Origin: Candidatus Margulisiibacteriota bacterium
Lineage (GTDB): Bacteria > Margulisbacteria > Marinamargulisbacteria > UBA817
Reading direction: 5' to 3'
Assembly: GCA_038109885.1 (NCBI GenBank)
Contig: JAYNJH010000004.1
Coordinates: forward strand, 1 to 32,018
Length of the DNA stretch: 32,018 bases
The notes below the pieces were generated by a model that searched no databases, had not been told where the DNA came from, and saw nothing but the letters and a program-made list of their open reading frames with translations. The translations under genes and the position numbers were made by a program. Numbering within the stretch: the first letter of the stretch is position 1; the number at the start of each line of letters is the position of its first letter. Positions 1-10,257 of the stretch are shown one piece after another.

Positions 1-531
1 CCCTTTGTTTGTCACTTTTCTAATTTTAACTTCAACCACTTCTTTTCGGTTCATGATATCGAATAATTCATCCCAAATTAATTCACCACGCGCCTTGGTT
101 TCAGATAATAATGAATACCCCTCTTTGGTTTCTAGCTTCTGAATCATTGCATCAATATCCAAGCCTTCTTCTAAATTTTCTTGTACAGAATCAGACAATT
201 CATTGGTTGGAATAAATCCATCGGACTTATAAGAAAAATCCACTAAAACACCTGATTTTTTGATTGTACGAATCCGCGCCTTTACAATGTCGCCTTCTTT
301 GTAATCCTGCAAATCTTGAGACAAGTGTTTCTCAAACACATCCTCTAAATCAGAAATTCCCTGATCTTTCGCACGCGTTTCGATAGATTCAATCACCTCA
401 TTTTCAATTAAATCCTTCTCAAAATCACTGACTTTACCAATTTTTGTTCCAGTCGTTTCTTGAGGAGTGTCGACAATTTCTGATGTTGTCACATCTGATG
501 GTTCTTGACCATCCACTTGGATATCTTGCAT
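1..531 (-). CDS. rpsA: 30S ribosomal protein S1, first 177 codons (gene continues beyond window start)
   Basis: It is not in the ORF track because it has no stop codon in the window. My reverse-complement translation from the ATG at 531 reads MQDIQVDGQEPSDVTTSEIV...DYKEGDIVKARIRTIKKSGVLVDFSYKSDGFIPTNEL...EGYSLLSETKARGELIWDELF. That is the typical first S1 OB-fold motif and linker of RpsA. AAGGAGG (rc of 538-544) lies 6 nt upstream of the ATG. Confidence 0.8.
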   Translation of the reverse strand, partial: MQDIQVDGQEPSDVTTSEIVDTPQETTGTKIGKVSDFEKDLIENEVIESIETRAKDQGISDLEDVFEKHLSQDLQDYKEGDIVKARIRTIKKSGVLVDFSYKSDGFIPTNELSDSVQENLEEGLDIDAMIQKLETKEGYSLLSETKARGELIWDELFDIMNRKEVVEVKIRKVTNKG

Positions 532-631
532 CCTATACCTCCTTAAAATTCCTTCCCATTTACTAAAATGAGCAAGGTTGATTATATAGGATAGTAATCG
601 AAATAATTTAAAAAGTCCAATAATGGCTCAT

Positions 632-1210
632 TTATTTTTTTCTTAAATTATTGTACTTTTTCAATATATCATCAACATAATTATTCACATGACTCGGCAA
701 TGTATTTTGAGTTTTCTTTGTTTTATTTGGTCCTTGATAATAAGACGCTAACACCAACCGATTTGAATCAGATGTATCCTTCCACATTGTCTTTAACTCT
801 TTGAGGTACTTTACAGTACCTCGAATATTCTGCTTAATATCAAACGGATCTGAAATATTTAATGAATCAAAATTAAAATCTTTAATTTGACCCAAACCTT
901 TTGCACCCGTTTTACTTACTGCCTTTTTTTGAAATGAAGATTCACGACCAATTAATGCTGCAACCAACATAGGGTCTAAATCTTCCTTTGCTGCATATTC
1001 ATCAATCCAATAAGCAATATCTTTAGCTTCACTTGAATCCAAATTTGGATTACTCGTTTTAATAAACGATAATAACTTTGACTTTGATGTTTGAGAAGGT
1101 GAAAAAGCAACCTCAGCTTGTACTGGCTTATATGGCTGTACGGACACTTCATTGGTAGGTGACAAAAATAAAAAAGTAACAAACGCTGAAACAAAAATTA
1201 TCTTAGCCAT
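632..1210 (-). CDS. Secreted lytic murein transglycosylase (SLT domain)
   Basis: 192 aa with an N-terminal hydrophobic signal sequence (MAKIIFVSAFVTFLFLSP). SLT family motifs are present: catalytic Glu-Ser in LIGRESSFQKKAVSKTGAKGLGQI and the downstream ASYYQGP (AYNAG-like) motif. An AAGGTG Shine-Dalgarno precedes the ATG. The gene starts 4 nt after the proS stop. Confidence 0.8.
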   Translation of the reverse strand: MAKIIFVSAFVTFLFLSPTNEVSVQPYKPVQAEVAFSPSQTSKSKLLSFIKTSNPNLDSSEAKDIAYWIDEYAAKEDLDPMLVAALIGRESSFQKKAVSKTGAKGLGQIKDFNFDSLNISDPFDIKQNIRGTVKYLKELKTMWKDTSDSNRLVLASYYQGPNKTKKTQNTLPSHVNNYVDDILKKYNNLRKK

Positions 1211-1213
1211 CGG

Positions 1214-2911
1214 CTATAACACCTTATTAAGTTCATCAAGTCGATCAAGTGAAACCGAACGCAAGTCACCGGTCCTTCGTTGCTTAATCTCAATCGCATT
1301 GGCACTCATCACTTTTCGACCAATCACTATTTGATAAGGAAACCCTATTAAATCAGCATCATTAAATTTTACCCCCGGAGATTCATTACGATCATCAACA
1401 ATGACATCTTTTCCCATTCCCTCAATACGCTGTACAAGTTCAGTTACCAATTGATTCATCTCGTCATCTTTTGGACACAAATGTACTATAACCACATGAA
1501 ATGGTGCCAATGCTTCAGGCCAAATAATGCCTTGTTCATCATGAGATTGTTCAATGGCCGCCGCAATGGTTCGCCCAACACCAATACCATAACATCCCAT
1601 CTGAAAAGACTTGCGCTTTCCATTTGAATCATTAAATTGAGCACCCATAGCATCTGCATACTTTAAGCCCAATTTAAAAACATGACCAACCTCTATACCA
1701 CGCATGGACTCAAGCATTAAGCTGGGGTCAATGGGGCAAGGATCACCCGCCATGGCGTTTTTTAAGTCCGCCCACTCAAACGTTGGAATATCTCGTTCAA
1801 TGCACACATGAATAAAATGCTGGTCGTTTTGATTTGCCCCGGCACAATAATCAGAATGTGTCCCAAGCGAATAATCACACAAAACAGGAACATTATGGCT
1901 TCCCACTGGGCCAATAAATCCAGGAACACAATCCATGAACTGAAGCACTTCTTGATCGGTCGCAAATCGAAATGGCGCCTTAAAATAATTACCAAGTTTA
2001 GATTCATTTAAATCACGATCCCCAGGGATACAAACAAGGTAGGGCTGATCTTCAACCATAATTAACATACTCTTAATGCATTGCTCTAAGGGAGTTTTCA
2101 AAAAAGAGGCCACGTCTGACATGGTTTTTTGATTTGGAGTTTCAACCATTTGAATCGGCACATCTGATACTTTGGCTTGAAAGTCTTGTTGAATAGACTC
2201 ACATGCTTCAATATTCGCCGCAAACCCAGCCGCATTATTTACTAAAACCTCATCCTCCCCAGAAGGGGCAACAACTAAAAATTCAGCTGAGACATCACCG
2301 CCGATTGCCCCGGAGTCAGCAACAGCTTCAACAAAAGTTAAACCACATCGTTCAAAAATGGTTTGATATGCCTTTCTGGCATGTTGATACATATCATCCA
2401 AAGACGCCTCAGAATCATGAAATGAATACGCATCTTTCATCAGAAATTCGCGACATCTCATTAATCCAAAACGAGGACGAATTTCATCACGAAATTTAGT
2501 TTGAATTTGATAAATCAATAATGGTAATTGCTTATATGAATTCACAAAAGATGAAACTAAGTCGGTAATTACTTCTTCATGCGTAGGACCAAAACAAAAC
2601 GAACGTCCTTGGCGATCCTCAAAGCGTAATAGCTCTTTACCATATTGATCCCAACGGCCTGAAGTTTCCCACAATTCAGCCGGAATTGCACAAGGAAGCT
2701 GACATTCAACCCCACCGATGGCATCCATTTCATCACGAATAATGGCATTTAATTTTGAAAAAATCCGAAGACCCAAAGGTAAAATCGAGTAAATACCAGA
2801 AGCTAACTTTTTAATTAAACCTGCACGAACCATTAATTGATGAGAAATTACTTCAGCATCACGAGGCGACTCCTTAACCGTATTGATAAAACAATTACGA
2901 TAATTGTTCAT
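1214..2911 (-). CDS. proS: Prolyl-tRNA synthetase (bacterial type with editing insertion)
   Basis: 565 aa. The N-terminus [37 protein letters not shown] is the canonical ProRS start. Class II motifs are present ([34 protein letters not shown]). The start overlaps the carB stop by 17 nt. Confidence 0.95.
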   Translation of the reverse strand: MNNYRNCFINTVKESPRDAEVISHQLMVRAGLIKKLASGIYSILPLGLRIFSKLNAIIRDEMDAIGGVECQLPCAIPAELWETSGRWDQYGKELLRFEDRQGRSFCFGPTHEEVITDLVSSFVNSYKQLPLLIYQIQTKFRDEIRPRFGLMRCREFLMKDAYSFHDSEASLDDMYQHARKAYQTIFERCGLTFVEAVADSGAIGGDVSAEFLVVAPSGEDEVLVNNAAGFAANIEACESIQQDFQAKVSDVPIQMVETPNQKTMSDVASFLKTPLEQCIKSMLIMVEDQPYLVCIPGDRDLNESKLGNYFKAPFRFATDQEVLQFMDCVPGFIGPVGSHNVPVLCDYSLGTHSDYCAGANQNDQHFIHVCIERDIPTFEWADLKNAMAGDPCPIDPSLMLESMRGIEVGHVFKLGLKYADAMGAQFNDSNGKRKSFQMGCYGIGVGRTIAAAIEQSHDEQGIIWPEALAPFHVVIVHLCPKDDEMNQLVTELVQRIEGMGKDVIVDDRNESPGVKFNDADLIGFPYQIVIGRKVMSANAIEIKQRRTGDLRSVSLDRLDELNKVL

Positions 2912-5900
2912 AGTAATCTTGCAATGAGGTTACATTTAATTGAGCCGTTGCAACTTCATTCATTGCCTCAACTGTCGAACGTGCTCCTGCAATTGTCGTA
3001 ATAACGGGAACATTAAGCTTGTAAGACTCTTGACGGATAATTTTATCGTCAAATCGAGATGTCGCTGATGAAGGGGTATTAATGACCATTTGGATGTCAT
3101 TATTTTTAAGTGAATCCAAAATATTGGGGCGCCCCTCATTAACCTTGAAAACCGATTGAACATCAACGCCTTGATCTTGCAAATATTTGGCCGTCCCTTT
3201 GGTCGCAACAATACCAAACCCCATTGATCTAATCAGTAATGCAACAGGCAAAATTTTAGGTTTATCGGAATCCTTAACACTGATGTAAATGGTGCCCTTT
3301 TTGGGAATTAATTGTCCCGCGGCCATTTGTGACTTTAGGTAGGCTATGCCAACCGTTGGGGCAATACCCATTACCTCGCCCGTTGATCTCATTTCAGGAC
3401 CCAATAAGGTATCTACACCTGGAAATCGCTTAAATGGAAATACCGATTCTTTAACTGAAACATGCGAAGGCACCACTTCAGAAATATTTAAATCAGAAAT
3501 GGAATGACCCAACATAACCATTGTCGCCATTTTAGCCCACTGAATTCCGGTTGCCTTAGAAACAAATGGAACGGTTCGCGAAGCACGAGGATTAACTTCA
3601 AGAACATATAAAACATCATTTTGAATTGCATATTGAATATTTAACAAACCAATGACATTTAACTTTTTAGCAATTTTATAAGTCGCCTGTTTAATATCAT
3701 TAAGCAAAGACTCGGTTAACGAAAATGCCGGTAAAACAGATGCCGAATCACCAGAATGAATCCCAGCTTCTTCGATATGCTGCATAATTCCAGCAACCAA
3801 ACAATCTTGGCCATCGGAAAGTGCATCGACATCAATCTCAATAGCATCATCTAAAAATTTATCAATGAGCAGTGGATTTTCGCTGTAATTCACAAAAGAA
3901 GTTTTAATATAGTCGCCCAATTCTTCGTCAGAATAAACTATTTTCATGGCCGCCCCACCCAAAACATATGACGGTCGAACAATTACAGGGTAACCAACCA
4001 TTTGAGCAACTTTGAATGGATCATCGTTGGTTTGAACAATCCCATTAGAGGGCTGTTTTAAATTTAAATCAACAATTAATTTCTGAAAACGATCACGGTC
4101 TTCAGCGATATCAATACTATCTTGGCTAGTACCAAGAATCTTTAATCCACGGGCCTCCAATGTCTTAGCCAAATTAAGTGGGGTTTGTCCACCAAACTGA
4201 ACAATAACCCCTTCAGGTTGTTCACGATGATAAATATGACAAACATCTTCGACGGTTAATGGTTCAAAGTATAAGCGATCTGACGTATCAAAATCGGTTG
4301 AAACCGTTTCTGGATTTGAGTTCACCATAATACTTTCAAAACCTTGATCTCGAATGGCCATCGACGCATGAACACAACAATAATCAAACTCAATCCCCTG
4401 CCCAATTCGATTTGGGCCTCCGCCTAAAATCATAACTTTCTTGGAATCTGAATCTCTCACTTCATCAAACGTTTCATAACTCGAATAATAATATGGGGTT
4501 TTCGCTTCAAATTCTCCAGCACAGGTATCGACTATTTTAAAAGTTGGAATTATTGAGTGTGATTGTCTAAAATCATAAATCTCTTGTTCAGATTTACCCA
4601 AAATATGTGATAATTGGACATCAGAATAACCCAGTTCTTTTGCCCATCGAATCGAAGCTTCATTAAACTCAAATGAATGGGATTCATTAACAAGATCAAC
4701 CAATTGATTAAGAAACCAAGGATCAATCTTTGATAATTGAAACATTTTTTCAACAGTATAGCCACGCTTTATTGCAACTGGCAGTGCAAACAGTCGATCT
4801 GGAGTGGGTGTTACCAACAATTTTTCAAGAGCAGTATCATCCAATTCAAGATTGTCTTTACCATCCAAACCAAAACCAAATCGTTTAATTTCCAATGATC
4901 GACATGCCTTTTGAAATGCCTCTTTAAATGTTCGTCCAATCGCCATAACTTCACCAACTGACTTCATTGAAACACCCAAGTTAGGTTTCGATGCCGGAAA
5001 TTTATCAAAATTAAATCGCGGAATCTTAACAACACAATAATCAAGAGTAGGCTCAAAACTCGCCGGAGTGGTTGTTGTAATGTCATTTTGTAATTCGTCC
5101 AATGTGTACCCCACAGCAAGTTTAGCCGCTAACTTAGCAATTGGGAAACCCGTCGCCTTTGATGCTAGAGCAGAGCTTCGTGAAACTCGCGGATTCATTT
5201 CAATAACAATAACATCACCATTTTCAGGATTCACAGAAAATTGAATATTCGAACCGCCAGTTTCAACACCAATTTCACGAATAATTTTTTTGGCTTGATT
5301 TCTTAGGTCTTGATATTGGGCATCAGTAAGGGTCTGGGCTGGAGCAACAGTAATAGAATCACCCGTATGAACGCCCATTGGGTCAAAGTTTTCAATCGCG
5401 CATACAATAACAACGTTATCATTGCGATCCCGCATAACTTCAAGTTCGTACTCTTTCCAACCCAATATTGATTTTTCTATTAAAACCTCTGAAATCAAAC
5501 TATTATCAATCCCAGCTTTACTAATCTGCTGAACTTCTTCCAGATTGTAGGCAATACCACCACCCGTTCCACCCAAAGTAAATGCTGGCCGAATGACACA
5601 TGGGAAGCCGATATCTTGAGCCACTCGAACGGCCCCCTCAATGGTATTGGCCGACTTTGACTCAGGCACATTACAACCTATCTTCTCCATTGCGGCTTTA
5701 AATTTATCGCGATCTTCGGCTTTATCAATAATCTCTTCTGTTGCACCAATCAACTCAACATTATACGTTGATAAAACACCTTGCTTGGATGCCTCCATTG
5801 CTAGGTTCAGCCCAGTTTGTCCACCCAATGTGGGTAAAATAGCACATGGACGCTCCTTTTGAATCACTTTTTCTAACATTTCAACAGTCAACGGTTCAAC

Positions 5901-6095
5901 GTAAGTTGCATCTGCTACTGAGGGGTCCGTCATAATCGTTGCAGGGTTTGAATTAATCAAAACAACCTCGTAACCATCTTCACGAAGAGCTTTACAAGCT
6001 TGTGTACCAGAGTAATCAAACTCACATGCCTGACCAATAATAATCGGACCAGAACCAATCAATAAAATCTTTTTAATATCATCACGACGTGGCAT
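2895..6095 (-). CDS. carB: Carbamoyl-phosphate synthase large subunit
   Basis: 1066 aa. The start [37 protein letters not shown] is canonical. The ATP-grasp halves are duplicated, with the second at [27 protein letters not shown]-terminal MGS-like domain is present. Confidence 0.97.
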   Translation of the reverse strand: MPRRDDIKKILLIGSGPIIIGQACEFDYSGTQACKALREDGYEVVLINSNPATIMTDPSVADATYVEPLTVEMLEKVIQKERPCAILPTLGGQTGLNLAMEASKQGVLSTYNVELIGATEEIIDKAEDRDKFKAAMEKIGCNVPESKSANTIEGAVRVAQDIGFPCVIRPAFTLGGTGGGIAYNLEEVQQISKAGIDNSLISEVLIEKSILGWKEYELEVMRDRNDNVVIVCAIENFDPMGVHTGDSITVAPAQTLTDAQYQDLRNQAKKIIREIGVETGGSNIQFSVNPENGDVIVIEMNPRVSRSSALASKATGFPIAKLAAKLAVGYTLDELQNDITTTTPASFEPTLDYCVVKIPRFNFDKFPASKPNLGVSMKSVGEVMAIGRTFKEAFQKACRSLEIKRFGFGLDGKDNLELDDTALEKLLVTPTPDRLFALPVAIKRGYTVEKMFQLSKIDPWFLNQLVDLVNESHSFEFNEASIRWAKELGYSDVQLSHILGKSEQEIYDFRQSHSIIPTFKIVDTCAGEFEAKTPYYYSSYETFDEVRDSDSKKVMILGGGPNRIGQGIEFDYCCVHASMAIRDQGFESIMVNSNPETVSTDFDTSDRLYFEPLTVEDVCHIYHREQPEGVIVQFGGQTPLNLAKTLEARGLKILGTSQDSIDIAEDRDRFQKLIVDLNLKQPSNGIVQTNDDPFKVAQMVGYPVIVRPSYVLGGAAMKIVYSDEELGDYIKTSFVNYSENPLLIDKFLDDAIEIDVDALSDGQDCLVAGIMQHIEEAGIHSGDSASVLPAFSLTESLLNDIKQATYKIAKKLNVIGLLNIQYAIQNDVLYVLEVNPRASRTVPFVSKATGIQWAKMATMVMLGHSISDLNISEVVPSHVSVKESVFPFKRFPGVDTLLGPEMRSTGEVMGIAPTVGIAYLKSQMAAGQLIPKKGTIYISVKDSDKPKILPVALLIRSMGFGIVATKGTAKYLQDQGVDVQSVFKVNEGRPNILDSLKNNDIQMVINTPSSATSRFDDKIIRQESYKLNVPVITTIAGARSTVEAMNEVATAQLNVTSLQDYYEQLS

Positions 6096-6151
6096 AACGT
6101 TGAATCAAATCCTTTCTTTTAAAGAATAACCATCGATATCCAATGGCTGTT

Positions 6152-7555
6152 TTATTGGGTAACTTCATATTTTATTAACTCACTTACATCTACAGGGTAA
6201 TCGCCAGTAAAACAGTGATCCGTAAATTGAGGGATGGCATCATTTCGTTGATCAAACCCCATGGCCTTATACGTTCCTTGCAAACTCAAAAAGAATAACG
6301 ATGTCGCCCCCACCATCTTAGTCATTTCTTCTAATGAATGCTTTGATGCAAGCAATTCGTTGTAATCCGGTGTATCGATACCATAAAAATCAGGATGCTT
6401 GATTGGTGGAGAAGAAATTCCTAAATGAACTTCTTTGGCACCCGCATCAAAAATCATCCTTACGACTTTATTGGCCGTTGTGCCTCGAACAAGAGAGTCG
6501 TCAATTAAAACAACGCGCTTACCAACAATCGATGACTTATTTACACTATGTTTTAATTTAACACCAAACTGACGGATTGACTGAGATGGCTCAATAAATG
6601 TTCGCCCAATGTAGTGGTTTCGTATAATACCTAATTCAAAAGGAATATTTGATGCTTGAGAAAACCCTAACGCCGCGGGAATTCCTGAATCAGGGATTGG
6701 GACAATCACATCTGCAGCAAAATCATTCTCAATGGCCAATTGTTGGCCTAAATTCTTACGATAAGTATACACCGTCTCCCCATCAATAAGACTGTCTGGA
6801 CGAGCAAAATAAATTCGCTCAAAAATGCACTGGCGTTCATCATGCGCTGTTGACAATAAGATGCTCTCAAGCCCATCATCCGTAATTACAACCATCTCAC
6901 CATTTTTAACATCTCGAATATAAGACGCACCAATAATATCAAGCGCACATGTCTCCGAAGCTAAAACATATGCCCCATCTTTTTGGCCAAGAACCAATGG
7001 CCGAATACCAAATGGATCCCGAATCCCAATCATTTTTTTATTTGTCATTATAATTAACGAATACGCGCCCTGTATTTTTGACAATGCATCACTTATTTTA
7101 TCTAAAGTCTTTTTCTTAGTTGAACGAGCAACCAATTGAAGAATAACCTCTGTATCAGATGTGGTTTGAAAAATGGACCCTCGCGCTACCAATTGCTGCT
7201 TCAACGAAATTGTATTCGTTAAATTACCATTATGTGCGCAAGCAAACCCACCCGCCGCCAAGTTTGCAAACAACGGCTGAATATTTTCTTGAATTGAATC
7301 CCCTGTGGTTGAATATCGAACATGACCTATGGCTGATCGCCCAGGAAGTTTCTCTAATGTTTCAGCATTATTAAAGTTATCACCAACCAATCCAGAACGT
7401 TTAACCGAATGAAAACGCTGGCCATCAAAACTTACGATTCCAGCGCCTTCTTGACCACGATGTTGCAATGAATGCAAGCCAAGGGCAGTTAAAACCGCCG
7501 CCTCATCAATACCAAAAATACCAAAAACACCACATTTATGTTTTATATCATGCAT
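6152..7555 (-). CDS. purF: Amidophosphoribosyltransferase (glutamine PRPP amidotransferase)
   Basis: 467 aa. An N-terminal nucleophile Cys follows a short propeptide (MHDIKHKCGVFGIFG). The PRTase motif VVLIDDSLVRGTT is present. A C-terminal Cys pattern (HCFTGDYP) is consistent with the Fe-S type. The start overlaps the carA stop by 8 nt. Confidence 0.95.
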   Translation of the reverse strand: MHDIKHKCGVFGIFGIDEAAVLTALGLHSLQHRGQEGAGIVSFDGQRFHSVKRSGLVGDNFNNAETLEKLPGRSAIGHVRYSTTGDSIQENIQPLFANLAAGGFACAHNGNLTNTISLKQQLVARGSIFQTTSDTEVILQLVARSTKKKTLDKISDALSKIQGAYSLIIMTNKKMIGIRDPFGIRPLVLGQKDGAYVLASETCALDIIGASYIRDVKNGEMVVITDDGLESILLSTAHDERQCIFERIYFARPDSLIDGETVYTYRKNLGQQLAIENDFAADVIVPIPDSGIPAALGFSQASNIPFELGIIRNHYIGRTFIEPSQSIRQFGVKLKHSVNKSSIVGKRVVLIDDSLVRGTTANKVVRMIFDAGAKEVHLGISSPPIKHPDFYGIDTPDYNELLASKHSLEEMTKMVGATSLFFLSLQGTYKAMGFDQRNDAIPQFTDHCFTGDYPVDVSELIKYEVTQ

Positions 7556-8651
7556 GAACGTGTGAGGTTTCCATCATTTGAACAAATTGATCAAATAAAT
7601 AATCTGAATCACAAGGCCCTGGAGCGGCTTCAGGATGATATTGAACTGAAAACAGTGGATATCGATTATGCTTAAACCCTTCATTTGTACCATCATACAA
7701 GTTCACATGAGTAACTGTAACATCTTCACCTAAGGAAGAAACATCAACACAAAAACCATGATTTTGAGAGGTAATCTCAACTCGACCTGTTTGGATATTT
7801 TTAACCGGATGATTGATCCCATGATGACCAAACTTTAATTTATACGTCTTAGCACCCAGCGCATGCGCAATCAACTGATGCCCTAAACAAATACCAAAAA
7901 TAGGAACCCGACCCAAGTTTGAACGAATAAGGTTTACAGCAGTTTCAACCGGCTCCGGGTCTCCCGGGCCAATTGAAATAAACAATCCATGAAAATCTGT
8001 TTCATTCAATATTTTTTCAGCTTCATTAATCGGCAAAACAACACATTCACATCCTCTTTGCTCAAAATGACGTAATATATTGTATTTCACACCACAATCT
8101 AACACCGCTAATTTAAACTTTTTATTCCCCGTTAATTTTTGCCATTCATAGGCTTCACTCGTCGTCACCGTCTCAGCAAGGTTAAGACCAGACATTTTAG
8201 GGAATTGCCCCAACTTTTTCAAAAGCATTTCTTTTGAAATCGACAAATCAGAGGTAATCACTACTCGTTGAGCACCATGCGCTCGAACATGCAGGGTAAT
8301 GGCTCGCGTATCAAAGCGCTCAACACCTACACGGCCATGCTCATCTAAATAATCCTTTAATGTCTTAACACTTTGCCAGTTACTAGGCGTATCAACGTAT
8401 TCTTTGCATAAAAGAGCATTCAAATAAATTGAACTGGACTCATTATCAGCCAAATTAATTCCATAATTACCAATCATAGGGTATGTCATAACCACACATT
8501 GATTGGAATAAGATGGGTCGGTTAAAACCTCTTGGTAACCTGACATGGCTGTATTAAAAACAATTTCACCATAGACATCTTTCGGAGTCGTAAAATAACG
8601 TCCAAAAAACTCAGTACCATCTTCAAAAAGCAATCTAGCCTGCAATGTCAT
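7548..8651 (-). CDS. carA: Carbamoyl-phosphate synthase small (glutaminase) subunit
   Basis: 367 aa. The N-terminus ARLLFEDGTEFFGRYF is CarA-like. The class I amidotransferase triad context is present (PIFGICLGHQL ... QYHPEA). Confidence 0.95.
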   Translation of the reverse strand: MTLQARLLFEDGTEFFGRYFTTPKDVYGEIVFNTAMSGYQEVLTDPSYSNQCVVMTYPMIGNYGINLADNESSSIYLNALLCKEYVDTPSNWQSVKTLKDYLDEHGRVGVERFDTRAITLHVRAHGAQRVVITSDLSISKEMLLKKLGQFPKMSGLNLAETVTTSEAYEWQKLTGNKKFKLAVLDCGVKYNILRHFEQRGCECVVLPINEAEKILNETDFHGLFISIGPGDPEPVETAVNLIRSNLGRVPIFGICLGHQLIAHALGAKTYKLKFGHHGINHPVKNIQTGRVEITSQNHGFCVDVSSLGEDVTVTHVNLYDGTNEGFKHNRYPLFSVQYHPEAAPGPCDSDYLFDQFVQMMETSHVHA

Positions 8652-8719
8652 ACTGAGATTAAATGATACCAGAGAGATATTATTAAAGAAAGAGAAATAG
8701 TAAATTATTTTAGACGAAT

Positions 8720-8875
8720 TTACTGACCTGTCTTTGGAACATAATAATAAAACTCATTAGAGTTTAAAGAAAAAGATTCATTTACCCATGAATTTCGAAT
8801 GGCGTCCGCCCCAGTTTGTTGAACAAATACCTGCATTAATCCAAAAACAAAAAAACCAATTAGCAATGCTTTCAT
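8720..8875 (-). CDS. Hypothetical small secreted or membrane peptide (51 aa), not in the ORF track
   Basis: My translation is MKALLIGFFVFGLMQVFVQQTGADAIRNSWVNESFSLNSNEFYYYVPKTGQ*. The N-terminus is signal-peptide-like. A strong GGGGAGGGTG Shine-Dalgarno ends about 3 nt before the ATG (rc of 8879-8888). I recognise no homology. Confidence 0.3.
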   Translation of the reverse strand: MKALLIGFFVFGLMQVFVQQTGADAIRNSWVNESFSLNSNEFYYYVPKTGQ

Positions 8876-8978
8876 TTCACCCTCCCCTTGTCTAAATATC
8901 GTTATGTCACATCATAAAATTTCATTGATTTTTTTCATAAATATTGACCAAAAAACAAAAGGTTCCTAGGCTGAATAA

Positions 8979-9704
8979 GTGAGTTCAACAGAAATGCCAC
9001 TAACTGCCCATTTAAATGAGTTACGTAAACGACTTATCATTTGTGTTGCGTTTATTACCTTTTCCACTGTAATCTGCTACTTCAATTATTCACCCATAGC
9101 CAATTTTTTTATCACGCCATTTAAGTCAGTATCTATTTTCGGGGGAAGTATTAATGTGAATACGATTTATGAAGGCTTTTTTGTCAAATTAAAACTGTCT
9201 TTCATTTCAGGCGTTCTTTTTAGCATACCAATCCTATTATATCAGTTCTGCCGATTCATATTACCTGGGCTAAAGTCCAACGAAAAAAAATGGCTTTTTA
9301 TTATACTTATCATAAGTAGTTGTTTAAGTATGACCAGTACGTACATGGGATACACAATTGTTTTTCCATACATTGTATCCTTTTTATTAACCAATGAGTT
9401 TATTCCATCAAATATAAATGTATTACTAAATTATCAACAAAATTTAAGCTACATTATTTCCTTTTTAATTGGAAGCCTCCTGATTTTTCAAAGCCCAATA
9501 ATTTTAAGCATCTTACTTGCAAAAAACATGATCACTCGAAAGTTTTTATGGAAAAATAGTCGTTGGTTCATCTTAGGAATTGTTATTGTATCTGCAATGA
9601 TTACACCACCTGATATTATATCACAGTTAACACTAAGCATTCCTTTAATCTTATGCTATTTTAGCTGCATTCTAATCGCAAAATTTATGAAGTGGGGCCA
9701 TTAG
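8979..9704 (+). CDS. tatC: Sec-independent (Tat) translocase subunit TatC
   Basis: 241 aa. The TatC N-terminal signature LTAHLNELRKRLI is followed by six hydrophobic segments. The track start is GTG 8979, and ATG 8994 is an alternative. A possible promoter is TTGACC (8944-8949), a 17 nt spacer, then TAGGCT (8967-8972), with no Shine-Dalgarno. Confidence 0.85.
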   Translation: MSSTEMPLTAHLNELRKRLIICVAFITFSTVICYFNYSPIANFFITPFKSVSIFGGSINVNTIYEGFFVKLKLSFISGVLFSIPILLYQFCRFILPGLKSNEKKWLFIILIISSCLSMTSTYMGYTIVFPYIVSFLLTNEFIPSNINVLLNYQQNLSYIISFLIGSLLIFQSPIILSILLAKNMITRKFLWKNSRWFILGIVIVSAMITPPDIISQLTLSIPLILCYFSCILIAKFMKWGH

Positions 9705-9705
9705 A

Positions 9706-9873
9706 ATGCTTGGTATCAGCTTCCCCGAACTTTTTACAATCGTTATTATTGCAATGGTTATCATTCCTCCGAAAGATTTTCCTAAAATCATCCGGTTTAG
9801 TTTAAAAACATATCAAAAAGCCCAAAAACTTTACTATCAACTATTAAGAGAAATTAACTTACTGGGAAAATAA
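9706..9873 (+). CDS. tatA: TatA/TatB-family Tat translocase subunit (55 aa), not in the ORF track
   Basis: My translation is MLGISFPELFTIVIIAMVIIPPKDFPKIIRFSLKTYQKAQKLYYQLLREINLLGK*. It matches the family pattern M-x-G-I-x-x-x-E-L, then a TM helix, a hinge (here IPP instead of FGP), K-x-x-P, and an amphipathic helix. It starts 1 nt after the tatC stop. Confidence 0.7.
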   Translation: MLGISFPELFTIVIIAMVIIPPKDFPKIIRFSLKTYQKAQKLYYQLLREINLLGK

Positions 9874-9881
9874 TTTTAGCT

Positions 9882-10253
9882 TTATCCATTAATTGCTAAA
9901 CAAATGAATCGGTTTTCAATATATTTCTCTATGAAATTCAAATCCACGTAGCTGACTAAAGCGTCATCCATAAGCAAAAATTGGTTATAAGATATTCGCT
10001 TGATACAGGTGTAATGCCCGCTAAAATTATTGGAGCTAGACTGCTGAGTCGAGCTTAAACCTGAAGAAAAAACTACAGCAAATTCTAATGTCTCCAACTT
10101 AATTTCAAAGTGTTGAAGATTATAGAGTCCATTAGATCCCTGAATCACTTTACAAAAATAATTTTGATTACCAGAAAGGCTTTTGTAAGTTGTGGTCTTA
10201 TTTTGCTCAAGGTTTTCAAATTCAATCCCCTCATATGAAGTCTTTTCACCAAA
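9882..10253 (-). pseudogene. Detached C-terminal (His-box) half of a USP/UCH (peptidase C19)-like domain, in a different frame from the upstream ORF
   Basis: The frame is open from 10253, directly after a TGA at 10254-10256. It reads FGEKTSYEGIEFENLEQNKTTTYKSLSGNQNYFCKVIQGSNGLYNLQ...AVVFSSG...NNFSGHYTCIKRISYNQFLLMDDALVSYV...RFICLAING*. SGHY...F.L.DD..V is the USP His box (His codon 10014-10016). There is no ATG in this frame before the track's GTG at 10148, and no Shine-Dalgarno. Confidence 0.6.
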
Positions 10254-10257
10254 TCAC

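Noticed and set aside
8788-8895. A 35-codon plus-strand ORF (MNFEWRPPQFVEQIPALIQKQKNQLAMLSFHPPLV) antisense to the small signal-peptide ORF.
   Set aside because: It has no Shine-Dalgarno and no recognisable features. The opposite-strand ORF has a strong Shine-Dalgarno and a signal-peptide-like N-terminus, so that one is the better, though still weak, candidate.
9882-10148. The 88-aa track ORF treated as an independent small gene.
   Set aside because: Its frame is open a further 35 codons upstream to 10253, and it has no ATG or Shine-Dalgarno. Its sequence is the His-box half of the USP domain whose Cys-box half ends the preceding ORF. It is better explained as a detached fragment.
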